Positions 18,413 through 29,143 of a stretch of 32,000 nucleotides of DNA are shown here, in pieces. The position numbers and the translations under genes are program-made. The DNA comes from Prochlorococcus marinus subsp. pastoris str. CCMP1986 (GTDB lineage Bacteria; Cyanobacteriota; Cyanobacteriia; PCC-6307; Cyanobiaceae): assembly GCF_000011465.1 (NCBI RefSeq), contig NC_005072.1:180001-212000 (forward strand). The letters are read 5' to 3'. Under the pieces are notes generated by a model. That model was not told the origin of the DNA and searched no databases. It worked only from the letters and a program-made list of their open reading frames with translations. Numbering within the stretch: the stretch's first letter is position 1; each line of letters opens with the position of its first letter.

Positions 18413-21172
18413 TCAGCTAGGTTTAAACAAAATCTCATCTTTTTTTGAAGGGCTAATTTTTACAGATATATTTTTTTTATTTTTAAAATTATCTTCTAAT
18501 AGTTTTGATGCTAGTGGATTTTCTATTTGTCTTCTAAGTTCTCTTCCTAAGGGCCTAGCACCATATTCAGGCTGATAGGAATCATTAGCAATCTTTTGTA
18601 TAACTCTTTTATCAATATTAATTTTTATCCCCTGTTCAAGTAATAATTTTTTTAAATCTTCTATTTGTAAAAGAATTATTTTTTGTAGTTGATCGATTGA
18701 TAGTGTATCAAACTTTACTATTTCATCAATTCTGTTTAAAAATTCGGGTCTAAAAATAGAGGATAATGATTTATTAATAGAATCTTGTAAAGTTTGTTTT
18801 CTTAATTCGGAATTTTCTTTTTGATTCGTAATTATTTTTGAATCTTCTAATATTATTTTTCCAGCTAAATTGCTAGTCATTATTATGACTGTATTTTTGA
18901 AGTCAACAGTTCTCCCTTGAGAATCCGTTAATCTTCCTTCATCTAAAACTTGTAGGAGGATATTGAAAACTTCTGAATGCGCTTTTTCGATCTCATCAAG
19001 GAGAATTACAGAATAAGGTTTTCTCCTAACTGCTTCAGTTAATTGCCCTCCCTCTTCGTAGCCAACATAACCTGGAGGAGCTCCTAAAAGTCTTGCGACA
19101 GCGTTTTTCTCCATATATTCACTCATATCAAGTCTTAATAAAGCTTCTTCTTCATCAAATAATGATGATGCCAAAGATTTTGCTAATTCTGTCTTGCCAA
19201 CTCCTGTCGGACCCATAAATAAGAATGATCCAATTGGTCTTTTAGGATTCTTCATTCCAACTCTCGCTCTTCGTATCGCAGAAGAAACAGCTTTTATAGC
19301 TTTTTCTTGTCCAATAACTTTTTCACTTATTTCTAACTCCAAGTTAACTAATTTTTTTCTTTCATTAGAAACTACTTTGGCAATAGGAATTCCAGTTATT
19401 TTTGAAATAACATCAGCAATATCATCAGGTTCAACTTGATATTTCAAATTATAGTTTCTATTTCTTTGAAGTTTCTGGCAACTTATCTCAACATTTTTTA
19501 TTTCACATTCAACTTCATTTAGCTCTGCTTCTAGATTATTTAGGTTATCAAAATTATCTATTTCATCGCTATGAATGCTTAATTCTTCGATTTTTAGAAT
19601 TAGCCTATTCTCTTCTTTTAACAAAAAAAATAATTGTTCCATTTTTTCTCGATCATTTTCCCAATCATTAGTAATTTCATTCAATTTCTTTATAGATAAT
19701 TCTTTGCTTTCTAATAACTTTTCTCTTTCTTCGATATTTTCGGGGAAGATATTTTGTAACTTACTTTCAATAGTATCGATATTTTTTTCTTCATCGATAA
19801 TTGTTTGGGGTTTTATATTAGATTCAATTTTTAATTGGGCTGCTGCTTCATCTATCAAATCTATTGCTTTATCTGGAAGGCACTTATCACTTATGTATCT
19901 ATCTGCAAGTCTGGCAGAACAATTAATTGCTTCTTCTGTAATTCTAATGCCATGATGTAATTCATATTTCTTTTTTATACCCTGTAAAATTTTTGCACTT
20001 AACTCAACTGATGGTTCATTAACTAATATCTTTTGAAAACAATTATTTAATGACTGATCTTTTTCAATACTTTCGCGAAATTTTTCAGGCGTTGTTGTTC
20101 CTATGCATCTGAGCTCACCGTCGGTAAGTAAAGGTTTTAAAATGTTGCTTATATCTGTTGTAGTTCTATCAGAAGTGATTATTGTATGAATTTCATCAAT
20201 AAATAAAATAATGCCTTGATTAGAGTCTTTAATTTCATTAAGTATTAAGCTTAGTCTTTCCTCTAATTGACCTCTAAATTTTGTTCCAGAAACTAATGCT
20301 CCCAAGTCAAGAGAGATAATTTTTGAGTTTTTTAACAAATCAGGAACTTTTTTTTCTACTATCAATTGAGCAAGTAATTTGGCAATAGAAGTTTTGCCAA
20401 CGCCTGGATGACCAATGAGGATTGGATTATTTTTGCTTCGTCGAGATAAAACTCTCATTACGTTATTAATCTCATCCCCTCGCCCTATTACTGGGTCTAG
20501 CAGACCTTTTTCAGCAGATTCTGTTAAATCTTTTCCGTAAAGAGACAGTACATTCTCTTCAGTTTTTTGCTTGGTTTTAATTATAAGATTACTTTTCGGT
20601 GAAGGGATAATGGCTTTTGATTCCTTTATTAGCTCCTCCTTATCACTTTCATCGATAGATTTATTTATTAAAATTTTATCTTCATCAGATATATATTTTT
20701 TATTTTCTATATAATTTTGTCTTTGAATAATATTTGGGGAAAATTTTAATTCTTCTTCTAATTGTTCTACTGAAAGATCTCCCTCTTGAAAAACATAATT
20801 TCCTATTCTTGGATCACTGCCTAAAGCAATTAACAAATGAGGAATATCTATAAATTTAGAACCCCACTGTGTTTTTATTTGATTCGCATTGTCTAATAAA
20901 ATTTCGAGCTCTTCACCAATAGTAAAAATATCTGAATCATTTATTGGGGTTTCTTCTAAAAATTCTTCAGTTATGTCTAGAACTGTATTTTGATCTATTG
21001 ATAACTTTTCTATAAATGAAAAAAATTCACTTGAGGTGAACAAAGTATGAATAATATGTTCAATATTAAATTCACTATGATCCCATTTTTTTGCAGTTTC
21101 TTCTCCCAATAAAAGAAGATTCCAACTTATATCACTAAAAAGTTCTGGATTTGAGGTAAGAGTTTCTCTCAT
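18413..21172 (-). CDS. clpB2: ClpB-type (ClpB2-like) Hsp100 AAA+ ATPase
   Basis: 919 aa; two AAA+ modules with Walker A 'GHPGVGKTS' and 'GPTGVGKTE', coiled middle domain between them, D2 'APPGYVGYEEGGQLTEAVRRKPYSVILLDEIEKAH', 'RPEFLNRIDEI', 'YGARPLGREL'. Confidence 0.88.
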   Translation of the reverse strand: MRETLTSNPELFSDISWNLLLLGEETAKKWDHSEFNIEHIIHTLFTSSEFFSFIEKLSIDQNTVLDITEEFLEETPINDSDIFTIGEELEILLDNANQIKTQWGSKFIDIPHLLIALGSDPRIGNYVFQEGDLSVEQLEEELKFSPNIIQRQNYIENKKYISDEDKILINKSIDESDKEELIKESKAIIPSPKSNLIIKTKQKTEENVLSLYGKDLTESAEKGLLDPVIGRGDEINNVMRVLSRRSKNNPILIGHPGVGKTSIAKLLAQLIVEKKVPDLLKNSKIISLDLGALVSGTKFRGQLEERLSLILNEIKDSNQGIILFIDEIHTIITSDRTTTDISNILKPLLTDGELRCIGTTTPEKFRESIEKDQSLNNCFQKILVNEPSVELSAKILQGIKKKYELHHGIRITEEAINCSARLADRYISDKCLPDKAIDLIDEAAAQLKIESNIKPQTIIDEEKNIDTIESKLQNIFPENIEEREKLLESKELSIKKLNEITNDWENDREKMEQLFFLLKEENRLILKIEELSIHSDEIDNFDNLNNLEAELNEVECEIKNVEISCQKLQRNRNYNLKYQVEPDDIADVISKITGIPIAKVVSNERKKLVNLELEISEKVIGQEKAIKAVSSAIRRARVGMKNPKRPIGSFLFMGPTGVGKTELAKSLASSLFDEEEALLRLDMSEYMEKNAVARLLGAPPGYVGYEEGGQLTEAVRRKPYSVILLDEIEKAHSEVFNILLQVLDEGRLTDSQGRTVDFKNTVIIMTSNLAGKIILEDSKIITNQKENSELRKQTLQDSINKSLSSIFRPEFLNRIDEIVKFDTLSIDQLQKIILLQIEDLKKLLLEQGIKINIDKRVIQKIANDSYQPEYGARPLGRELRRQIENPLASKLLEDNFKNKKNISVKISPSKKDEILFKPS

Positions 21173-21452
21173 AAACTATATAAGATTTATGCTTGGTAAT
21201 TTATTTTTATCTTAATTAAGAATAACTTAATGATCATTTAGAATTTTTATAATTATAGGTTGTATTTAAAAAATTTTATTTAATAAAGAGATTTTTTAGT
21301 TTGATTGGAAAATTTTCATGATTACTAGATAATTGGTAAAGGGTTTAAGAACTTGTTTTGAAATCAAAAAAAATAATTTGATTATCTTCTTTATATTTCA
21401 GATATTAGCCAAATACTTCAGCTATTTATAGGATTTAAATAGTATTAATTAA

Positions 21453-22748
<1,296 letters not shown>

Positions 22749-22751
22749 TTT

Positions 22752-24419
22752 TTATTGCTTCAGCTTTTCTATTCTTGAACCTTTTCTCATGCTTAATTGA
22801 CACTTAATCCAATCAATACTTATTGGAGCTGCAAAAATTAAAGGTAAGACCGCAAAATTATTTTGGTTATTAGTTACTAGTAAGGCTGATGCTATGGTTA
22901 AGCTTCCTATAAGAATAGAATGACCTAATGATTTTTGCGCAGTAAACATTTTCTTAAATTGCCTATCAGACTCGCCCATCCTTATTTGAAGTTGTAAATC
23001 ACCCTGCTCTAATCTCTCTAAACTCTCATCAATTCTTTTTGGGATACCTACAGCCTTTGAACCTAACTCTCCTACTTGCCTACCAAATTGGTTAATTAAA
23101 TCATTAGGTGTTTGATTGTTAGAAGTCATTAAATCAATTAGATAAGGCTTAGTTATTGATACAAGGTTAAACCCTGGATCTAACATCCTACCAACACCTT
23201 CAAAAGTTGATAGTGCTCTCATTACAAATATTAAATCAACTGGTAGCTGAAAAGGAGTTTCATAAACAAGTTCGTATAAGTCCCCAGAAAGTTTTTCAAT
23301 GATATTTGGGCTGAATGGTGGAGTTAAAGCTTCTTTCAGCATTAATCTAACTAATCTTCTAACTGGACCTACATCTATATTTTTAGAAATCAAGCCCGCT
23401 TGCTGGAGTTGAGTTACTAGTGATGATGCATCTCTTAATGCTGCAGATTGAACCATAGATCCTAAGCTTGCTTGTAGATTATTTGAAATATTGCCCATCA
23501 TCCCAAAATCATAAAAGATTAACTTGCTTGAATTTGAAACGGCTAAATTACCTGGATGAGGATCAGCATGAAAAAAACCATAATTTACGAGCTGTTTTAA
23601 ATAGCTAACTGCACCTATTTCTGCAATCTTTGATAAGTCAATATTCTTAGATTTTAATTTTTCAACATCACTTATTTTTGTACCTTCTAAATAACTTAAA
23701 CAAAGAACTCTTTCAGTGCTCAAGTTCCAAATTACCTCAGGAATTTCTACATTTTCATCATCAATAAATTGCTGCCTAAATCTTGCGGCGTATTGAGCTT
23801 CACATTTAAAATCTAGTTCTTTCATAAGAACTTTTCTACACTCTTTTGCTATTGCAACCCAATTCCTTCCTCTACTCCAGTTCTTATTCTTTTGGATTAT
23901 GAAAGCAATTTGTTGCATTATGCTCAAATCGATTGTGAATAAATTCTTCAGATTAGGTCTTTGAACTTTAAATACAACTTCTTTCCCATCTTTTAAAGTT
24001 GCTTTATGAACCTGAGCTAACGAAGCTGATCCAATTGGAGTAGAAGTAATTTGGTTGATTTCTGAGAACTTATGTCCTAATTCTTTTTGGATAATTTCTT
24101 CAACTTTCGTATATGAGAACTGAGGAACTTGATCTTGTAACTTTGATAATTCTTGTATCCAAGTATTCGGAATTAAATCAGGCCTCGCAGATAATAGCTG
24201 ACCAATTTTGATAAAAGCAGAACCAAGTTCAATTAATTGATTAGTAAACCACTTAGCTCTTCTTATTTGAACTTTATTTTTTTTATCCCTTTTAGTTTGA
24301 AAAATTTTAAATATTAAATTGTCTAGCCATAAATTAACCAAAAGTAAAATAAGTATTCTCCAAATAAGAAATCCTCTTTTGATTTTCTTTATTCGATTTT
24401 TAAATTTATTATTAGTCAT
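22752..24419 (-). CDS. ABC1/ADCK/UbiB-like atypical protein kinase family protein
   Basis: 555 aa; 'KIGQLLSARPDLIP', 'PIGSASLAQVHKA', 'VFKVQRPN', 'FFHADPHPGNLAV', 'LIFYDFGMMG'. Confidence 0.92.
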   Translation of the reverse strand: MTNNKFKNRIKKIKRGFLIWRILILLLVNLWLDNLIFKIFQTKRDKKNKVQIRRAKWFTNQLIELGSAFIKIGQLLSARPDLIPNTWIQELSKLQDQVPQFSYTKVEEIIQKELGHKFSEINQITSTPIGSASLAQVHKATLKDGKEVVFKVQRPNLKNLFTIDLSIMQQIAFIIQKNKNWSRGRNWVAIAKECRKVLMKELDFKCEAQYAARFRQQFIDDENVEIPEVIWNLSTERVLCLSYLEGTKISDVEKLKSKNIDLSKIAEIGAVSYLKQLVNYGFFHADPHPGNLAVSNSSKLIFYDFGMMGNISNNLQASLGSMVQSAALRDASSLVTQLQQAGLISKNIDVGPVRRLVRLMLKEALTPPFSPNIIEKLSGDLYELVYETPFQLPVDLIFVMRALSTFEGVGRMLDPGFNLVSITKPYLIDLMTSNNQTPNDLINQFGRQVGELGSKAVGIPKRIDESLERLEQGDLQLQIRMGESDRQFKKMFTAQKSLGHSILIGSLTIASALLVTNNQNNFAVLPLIFAAPISIDWIKCQLSMRKGSRIEKLKQ

Positions 24420-24736
24420 TAAATTGAATTATTCATTTTTCTATTAAAGTGATCAATTTTTACTTTAATATCTTCTATTTCTTTTAGAACATCACTTAAG
24501 TATGGATCTTGATTAGATTCTGAAGTATCAGCATTTCTACTATTACTTAATTCATTTTCCATTCTTTCAGCTTCTTCAATAATTGCGTCTTTTAGCGTGT
24601 CAAATTCTTTTTTAATTTTTCCTGGGACATCTTGAGCAATGTTTGAAGCTTCTTCAATTTTTTCTACGACTATTTTGTTTAATTTTTCAGTTACCTTTTT
24701 AATAGCTGCTTTTAAAAGATAATCAGAATTCGTCAT
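24419..24736 (-). CDS. Small charged, probably helical/coiled hypothetical protein
   Basis: 105-aa ORF filling the gap upstream of the ABC1 kinase; stop/start overlap (TAATG) with it. Confidence 0.65.
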   Translation of the reverse strand: MTNSDYLLKAAIKKVTEKLNKIVVEKIEEASNIAQDVPGKIKKEFDTLKDAIIEEAERMENELSNSRNADTSESNQDPYLSDVLKEIEDIKVKIDHFNRKMNNSI

Positions 24737-24991
24737 AAATAATATTTAAAGCTTTTAAGCAATTCACAACTTTCATTTATCTAATCATAGATCAATTGAG
24801 AACAAATCTGTAAATTGATTTCCTTTTCAATTTATCTATTCTTATTTTTCCTATGTAAGTTTGTATCTATATTATGCTTTTTTCTTTTTTATCTCTTAAC
24901 TTATATTTATGTAAAAAGGTTAGAAATTTTAATAGTATATTTTTCTACCCAAAAACTCATCTAATTATTGATTAAAAGGAGTTTTATTAAA

Positions 24992-25948
24992 TTGGAAATT
25001 ATTGAGACAGATGTTGCTATTATTGGAGGTGGTCCAGCTGGATGTACCTGTGCATTATATACATCTCGTTCTAACTTAAACACTGTCATAATAGATAAAA
25101 ATCCATCTGTGGGAGCTTTAGCAATAACTCACCAAATTGCTAATTATCCAGGAGTTCCTGTAGATATTAGTGGCGAAAAATTGCTTACATTAATGAGAGA
25201 ACAAGCTGTTCAATATGGAACTGACTATAGAAGAGCTCAAGTTTTTGGTATTGATGTAGCAGAAGATTGGAAGACTGTTTATACACCGGAAGGAACTTTT
25301 AAAGCTAAAGCACTCGTACTTGCAAGTGGGGCTATGGGGAGACCTGCTTCTTTTAAAGGAGAAGCAGATTTCTTAGGAAAGGGTGTAAGTTATTGTGCTA
25401 CATGTGATGGTGCTTTTTATAAAAATAGAGAAGTTGCAGTTGTTGGTGCTAATAAAGAAGCAATTGAGGAAGCTACGGTTCTTACTAAATTTGCTTCAAC
25501 GGTACATTGGATTACATCCAGTGATCCAAAATCAGATAATGAGGAAGCTATGGAATTAATGCATAGCTCTAATATTAAACATTGGAGTAGAACTAGATTA
25601 TTAGAAATAAAAGGAAATGATATGGGAGTTAATGGGGTTGTTGTCAAGAATAAACAAGAAGAAGGGCCTATTAATCTTGATTTAGATGGAGTCTTTGTAT
25701 ACATGAGTGGTTCGAAGCCAATCACTGATTTTTTAGGAGATCAAATTGCTTTAAAGGAAGATGGAGGAGTCATTGTTGATGATTTTATGTCTACCAATTC
25801 TGATGGTGTCTGGGCTATTGGTGATATAAGAAATACACCTTTCAAGCAGGCGGTTGTCGCAGCATCAGATGGATGTATAGCAGCCATGTCTATAGACCGC
25901 TATTTAAATAGTAGAAAAAATATAAGAGTAGATTGGATACACTCTTAA
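24992..25948 (+). CDS. trxB: Thioredoxin reductase (NADPH)
   Basis: 'VAIIGGGPAGCTCALYTSR', redox motif 'CATCDGAF', 'GDIRNTPFKQAVVAASDG'. Track start is TTG at 24968; a purine-rich AGGAG at 24977-24981 points to the TTG at 24992. Confidence 0.93.
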   Translation: MEIIETDVAIIGGGPAGCTCALYTSRSNLNTVIIDKNPSVGALAITHQIANYPGVPVDISGEKLLTLMREQAVQYGTDYRRAQVFGIDVAEDWKTVYTPEGTFKAKALVLASGAMGRPASFKGEADFLGKGVSYCATCDGAFYKNREVAVVGANKEAIEEATVLTKFASTVHWITSSDPKSDNEEAMELMHSSNIKHWSRTRLLEIKGNDMGVNGVVVKNKQEEGPINLDLDGVFVYMSGSKPITDFLGDQIALKEDGGVIVDDFMSTNSDGVWAIGDIRNTPFKQAVVAASDGCIAAMSIDRYLNSRKNIRVDWIHS

Positions 25949-25970
25949 AGAGTTTATAAAATAATTAATT

Positions 25971-26252
25971 TCATAAAGGTGTTGCTTCTGAGATGTAAGC
26001 TACTCCACCGTAATAACTTAGATCAGACTTAATATTGTCACGCATTTGATCAATTAGTTCTTGCTCACAGAAAACTATCACATGAGCATTTGAGCCTAAC
26101 CCAGTGAATTCCATATCTTCAGTAACAACTCTTTCTGGACCTCTCCCAGTTGCATGTTTCATTACTGTATATCCTGGGACATTAGCTTTCTCTAATGTAT
26201 TGATAATTGCATCAAGTTCTCTTTCACTAAAAATTAAATCTAATCTTTTCAT
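25971..26252 (-). CDS. sbtB: PII-like signalling protein, SbtB-like
   Basis: 93 aa; 'ANVPGYTVMKHATGRG' and 'YYGGVAYISEA' fit the PII/SbtB fold; 3 bp downstream of sbtA on the same strand. Confidence 0.8.
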   Translation of the reverse strand: MKRLDLIFSERELDAIINTLEKANVPGYTVMKHATGRGPERVVTEDMEFTGLGSNAHVIVFCEQELIDQMRDNIKSDLSYYGGVAYISEATPL

Positions 26253-26255
26253 TTT

Positions 26256-27254
26256 TTACAACGGGGAAAGTGGGATAATTTTATTTACTAAACTCATATA
26301 GATTGGGATGCCTAGAACTATATTGAACGGAAAAGTCAAACCTAATGTCGTAGATATATAGTAACTTGATCGTGCTTCTGGGACAGTCATCCTCATTGCT
26401 GCCGGTACAGCTAAATACGAGGCACTTGCACATAAAACCACAAATAAAAGTGCATTTCCAGGTCCTAGAGATAAAAATCTTGCAACGAAAACACCTATAA
26501 AAGCATTAAATAATGGCATGAAGATTGCAAATCCAATTAAATATGAACCCGCATTCTTCAACCTTGGTAATCTTTGAGCTGCAACTATTCCCATGTCTAA
26601 AAGGAAAAAGCATTCTGCTCCATAAAAAAGTTGTCCAGTAAAAGGTTCCATTTTTGAAATGGCTGCGGGATTACTGAAAGCCGTAAGAAAACCAACAATT
26701 AAACTTGATAGTAATAAATAAACTGATCCATTTAAAAGAGACTCATGCAATATGGAGCTAAGATGCATTTTTCTTGAATTGGGTCTATTTTTAGGGGCTG
26801 CAAATTTTACTAGTAATAAGCCTACAATTATTGCCGGAGACTCCATTAAAGCTAAAGCCCCGACCATGAATCCATCGAAGTCTATACTTTGACTCTCTAA
26901 GAAACTTTCTGCTGAGATAAAAGTTACAGCACTGATTGATCCATATGCAGCTGCAATAGCTGCTGAGTTAAAAACATCAAACTTGTATCTTAAGATAAAG
27001 AATCCAATCAGAGGAATTATTAAAGACATAATTATCGCTGCACCTAATGTTGGTAAAACCTGATCAGTAAAACCACTTTTTTGTATTTCAATTCCTCCTT
27101 TAAAACCAATTGCCAAAAGTAAGTATAAAGAAAAAAGTTTAGGTAAAGGAGCAGGTATTTCTAGGTCAGATTTAAAAAATATAGAAATTGCTCCAATTAA
27201 GAAAAAGAGTACAGGAGGAGCTAATACATTTTGTAATATGGGATTTATTTCCAT
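26256..27254 (-). CDS. sbtA: Sodium-dependent bicarbonate transporter SbtA-like (DUF897)
   Basis: 332 aa, polytopic; 'LLAIGFKGGIEIQKSGF', 'AAIAAAYGSISAVTFISAESFLE', 'MESPAIIVGLLLV', 'FLLDMGIVAAQRL', 'ASYLAVPAAMRMTVPEA'. Confidence 0.9.
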   Translation of the reverse strand: MEINPILQNVLAPPVLFFLIGAISIFFKSDLEIPAPLPKLFSLYLLLAIGFKGGIEIQKSGFTDQVLPTLGAAIIMSLIIPLIGFFILRYKFDVFNSAAIAAAYGSISAVTFISAESFLESQSIDFDGFMVGALALMESPAIIVGLLLVKFAAPKNRPNSRKMHLSSILHESLLNGSVYLLLSSLIVGFLTAFSNPAAISKMEPFTGQLFYGAECFFLLDMGIVAAQRLPRLKNAGSYLIGFAIFMPLFNAFIGVFVARFLSLGPGNALLFVVLCASASYLAVPAAMRMTVPEARSSYYISTTLGLTFPFNIVLGIPIYMSLVNKIIPLSPL

Positions 27255-27260
27255 AAATTA

Positions 27261-28916
27261 TTAGGCTAATTCATTTAAAGCAGCTTCTAAAGCTTCTTTC
27301 CTTGTCTCAATTATTCCATCAACCCCAAATTTGGATAATCTTTCTTTGACTTTTTCATTAGCTCCAGCTACAAATGCTTTTCTAGAATTATTTTTAGCTT
27401 CTTGCATCATATCTTCAATTGCAAGTGTAGCTGTCACTCCAACTCTAGGGACATCAGTGATATCTAAGATTAAAATTTTATAGTTTCTTACTAACATCAT
27501 TCTCTCTGTAATACCTTTTGCTGCACCAAAACTTAGTGGGCCTTTAAGTCTAAATAACATTACTTCTCCAGAACATCTATCAAGAAGAGCTTTTTCATCA
27601 GAGGGTAAAAGATTTTTACTTTGCTCATTATCCTCAGATAAAGGATTATCCTGATCCATTCCTTCTAGTTGCGTTTCAGTTATTGAATCAATGGTTAGCA
27701 TATTTGCAATAAATACTCCAACTAATACTGCCCATATTAAATCCCAAAAAACTGTCATTAGTAATACACCATACATAACAACTGCAGTTTTAAGAGATAA
27801 TTTGTGAGCTCTTCTCAAGAATCCCCAATCAATAATATCCAAACCTACTTTAATAAGAATGCCTGCTAAAAGAGCTGTAGGTATTTGCTCTGCTAAAGGT
27901 CCAGCGCCTACTAAAACTATTAATAGAACTACTGAATGAACCATTCCTGAAATAGGAGTAGAGCCTCCAGATTTAACATTTATAACAGTTCTCATTGTCG
28001 CCCCAGCTCCAGGTAAACCTGAAAATAGTCCAGCTATAGCATTTCCTATTCCCTGGCCAATTAATTCTCTATCAGAATTATGTCTTGTTTGAGAAATATT
28101 ATCTGCAACTAGAGAGGTGAGTAAAGAGTCAATAGCTCCAAGAACTGCCAGAACTAAGCCAGCCTTGAAAATGATAGGAAAGTATTGATTAAAGCTTGGA
28201 AAGCTTAGAGATGGCACTCCTCTAGGTATTTCACCAATTCTGTCTAATGCACCATCGCCAAAAATTAAAATTGATAGTGGAGTCACTATTAATAAGGCTA
28301 GAAGAGGGGAGGGTACCCATTGGCTAATTTTTCTAGGTGTTAGAAATACTATGCTTAGTGTCATTATTGCCACACCAATAGCAGCTCCATTCGGTTGGAA
28401 ATTAGAAAAAACAGTTGATAAAGACTCGACTACGCCTCCTCGGGTACTTATTCCTAATAGTGGACCAATCTGAAGAGCAATTATTATAACTCCTATGCCA
28501 GACATAAATCCGGAGACCACAGAATATGGAACAAGCGTTATATATTTACCAAGCTTTAAAATTCCAAACAATATTTGTAATAAGCCTCCAATTACTACTG
28601 CAGCCATGACTAAAGGTAAAATTTGACCTGCTGAAAGATCTCTAGGTACACCAACAGCTGCTAAACCTGCTACAACTCCTGCGACTGTTACGCTCATTGG
28701 ACCAGTTGGACCACTAACTTGAGCGGGAGTGCCCCCAAATAAAGCTGCTAAAAAACCAACAACAACTGCTCCATATAAACCGTAAATTGCACCCCCAGGT
28801 CCTAAGGCTGCGTTTCCAAAAGCAAGTGCAAGAGGTAAAGCTACTACTGCAGCTGTTATTCCTCCTAAAATATCACCCCTTATATTCTTAAGATTAAATC
28901 CATTAATTATTTCCAA
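27261..28916 (-). CDS. bicA: SulP-family anion transporter with STAS domain, BicA-like bicarbonate transporter
   Basis: 551 aa; 'GLTAAVVALPLALAFG'-type SulP N-terminus, 'TPAQVSGPTGPMSVT', C-terminal STAS domain. BicA assignment supported by the neighbouring sbtA-sbtB. Confidence 0.82.
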   Translation of the reverse strand: MEIINGFNLKNIRGDILGGITAAVVALPLALAFGNAALGPGGAIYGLYGAVVVGFLAALFGGTPAQVSGPTGPMSVTVAGVVAGLAAVGVPRDLSAGQILPLVMAAVVIGGLLQILFGILKLGKYITLVPYSVVSGFMSGIGVIIIALQIGPLLGISTRGGVVESLSTVFSNFQPNGAAIGVAIMTLSIVFLTPRKISQWVPSPLLALLIVTPLSILIFGDGALDRIGEIPRGVPSLSFPSFNQYFPIIFKAGLVLAVLGAIDSLLTSLVADNISQTRHNSDRELIGQGIGNAIAGLFSGLPGAGATMRTVINVKSGGSTPISGMVHSVVLLIVLVGAGPLAEQIPTALLAGILIKVGLDIIDWGFLRRAHKLSLKTAVVMYGVLLMTVFWDLIWAVLVGVFIANMLTIDSITETQLEGMDQDNPLSEDNEQSKNLLPSDEKALLDRCSGEVMLFRLKGPLSFGAAKGITERMMLVRNYKILILDITDVPRVGVTATLAIEDMMQEAKNNSRKAFVAGANEKVKERLSKFGVDGIIETRKEALEAALNELA

Positions 28917-29143
28917 AGAAAATCTCCTTAAATAAATACATTAACTAGAAGATATTATCTCTTTATGATCAAAATTTGTTAAAAAATTAAATTTGTGAAA
29001 AATATATCAACAACTTTTAAAAATTTTTTTTAAGTATATTAGGTTAATTTTCCTGAACAAAAAAGTATTTTGGTTATTTTTTATGGAAGTCAAGAGACTA
29101 TCGTATTAGTTAAATAATTACTTTATAACTTCAAAATATTCAA

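Noticed and set aside
25941-25955. ACTCTT/AAGAGT repeat at the trxB stop as a possible terminator
   Set aside because: The loop would be 1-3 nt and the stem weak and AU-rich; not enough to call.
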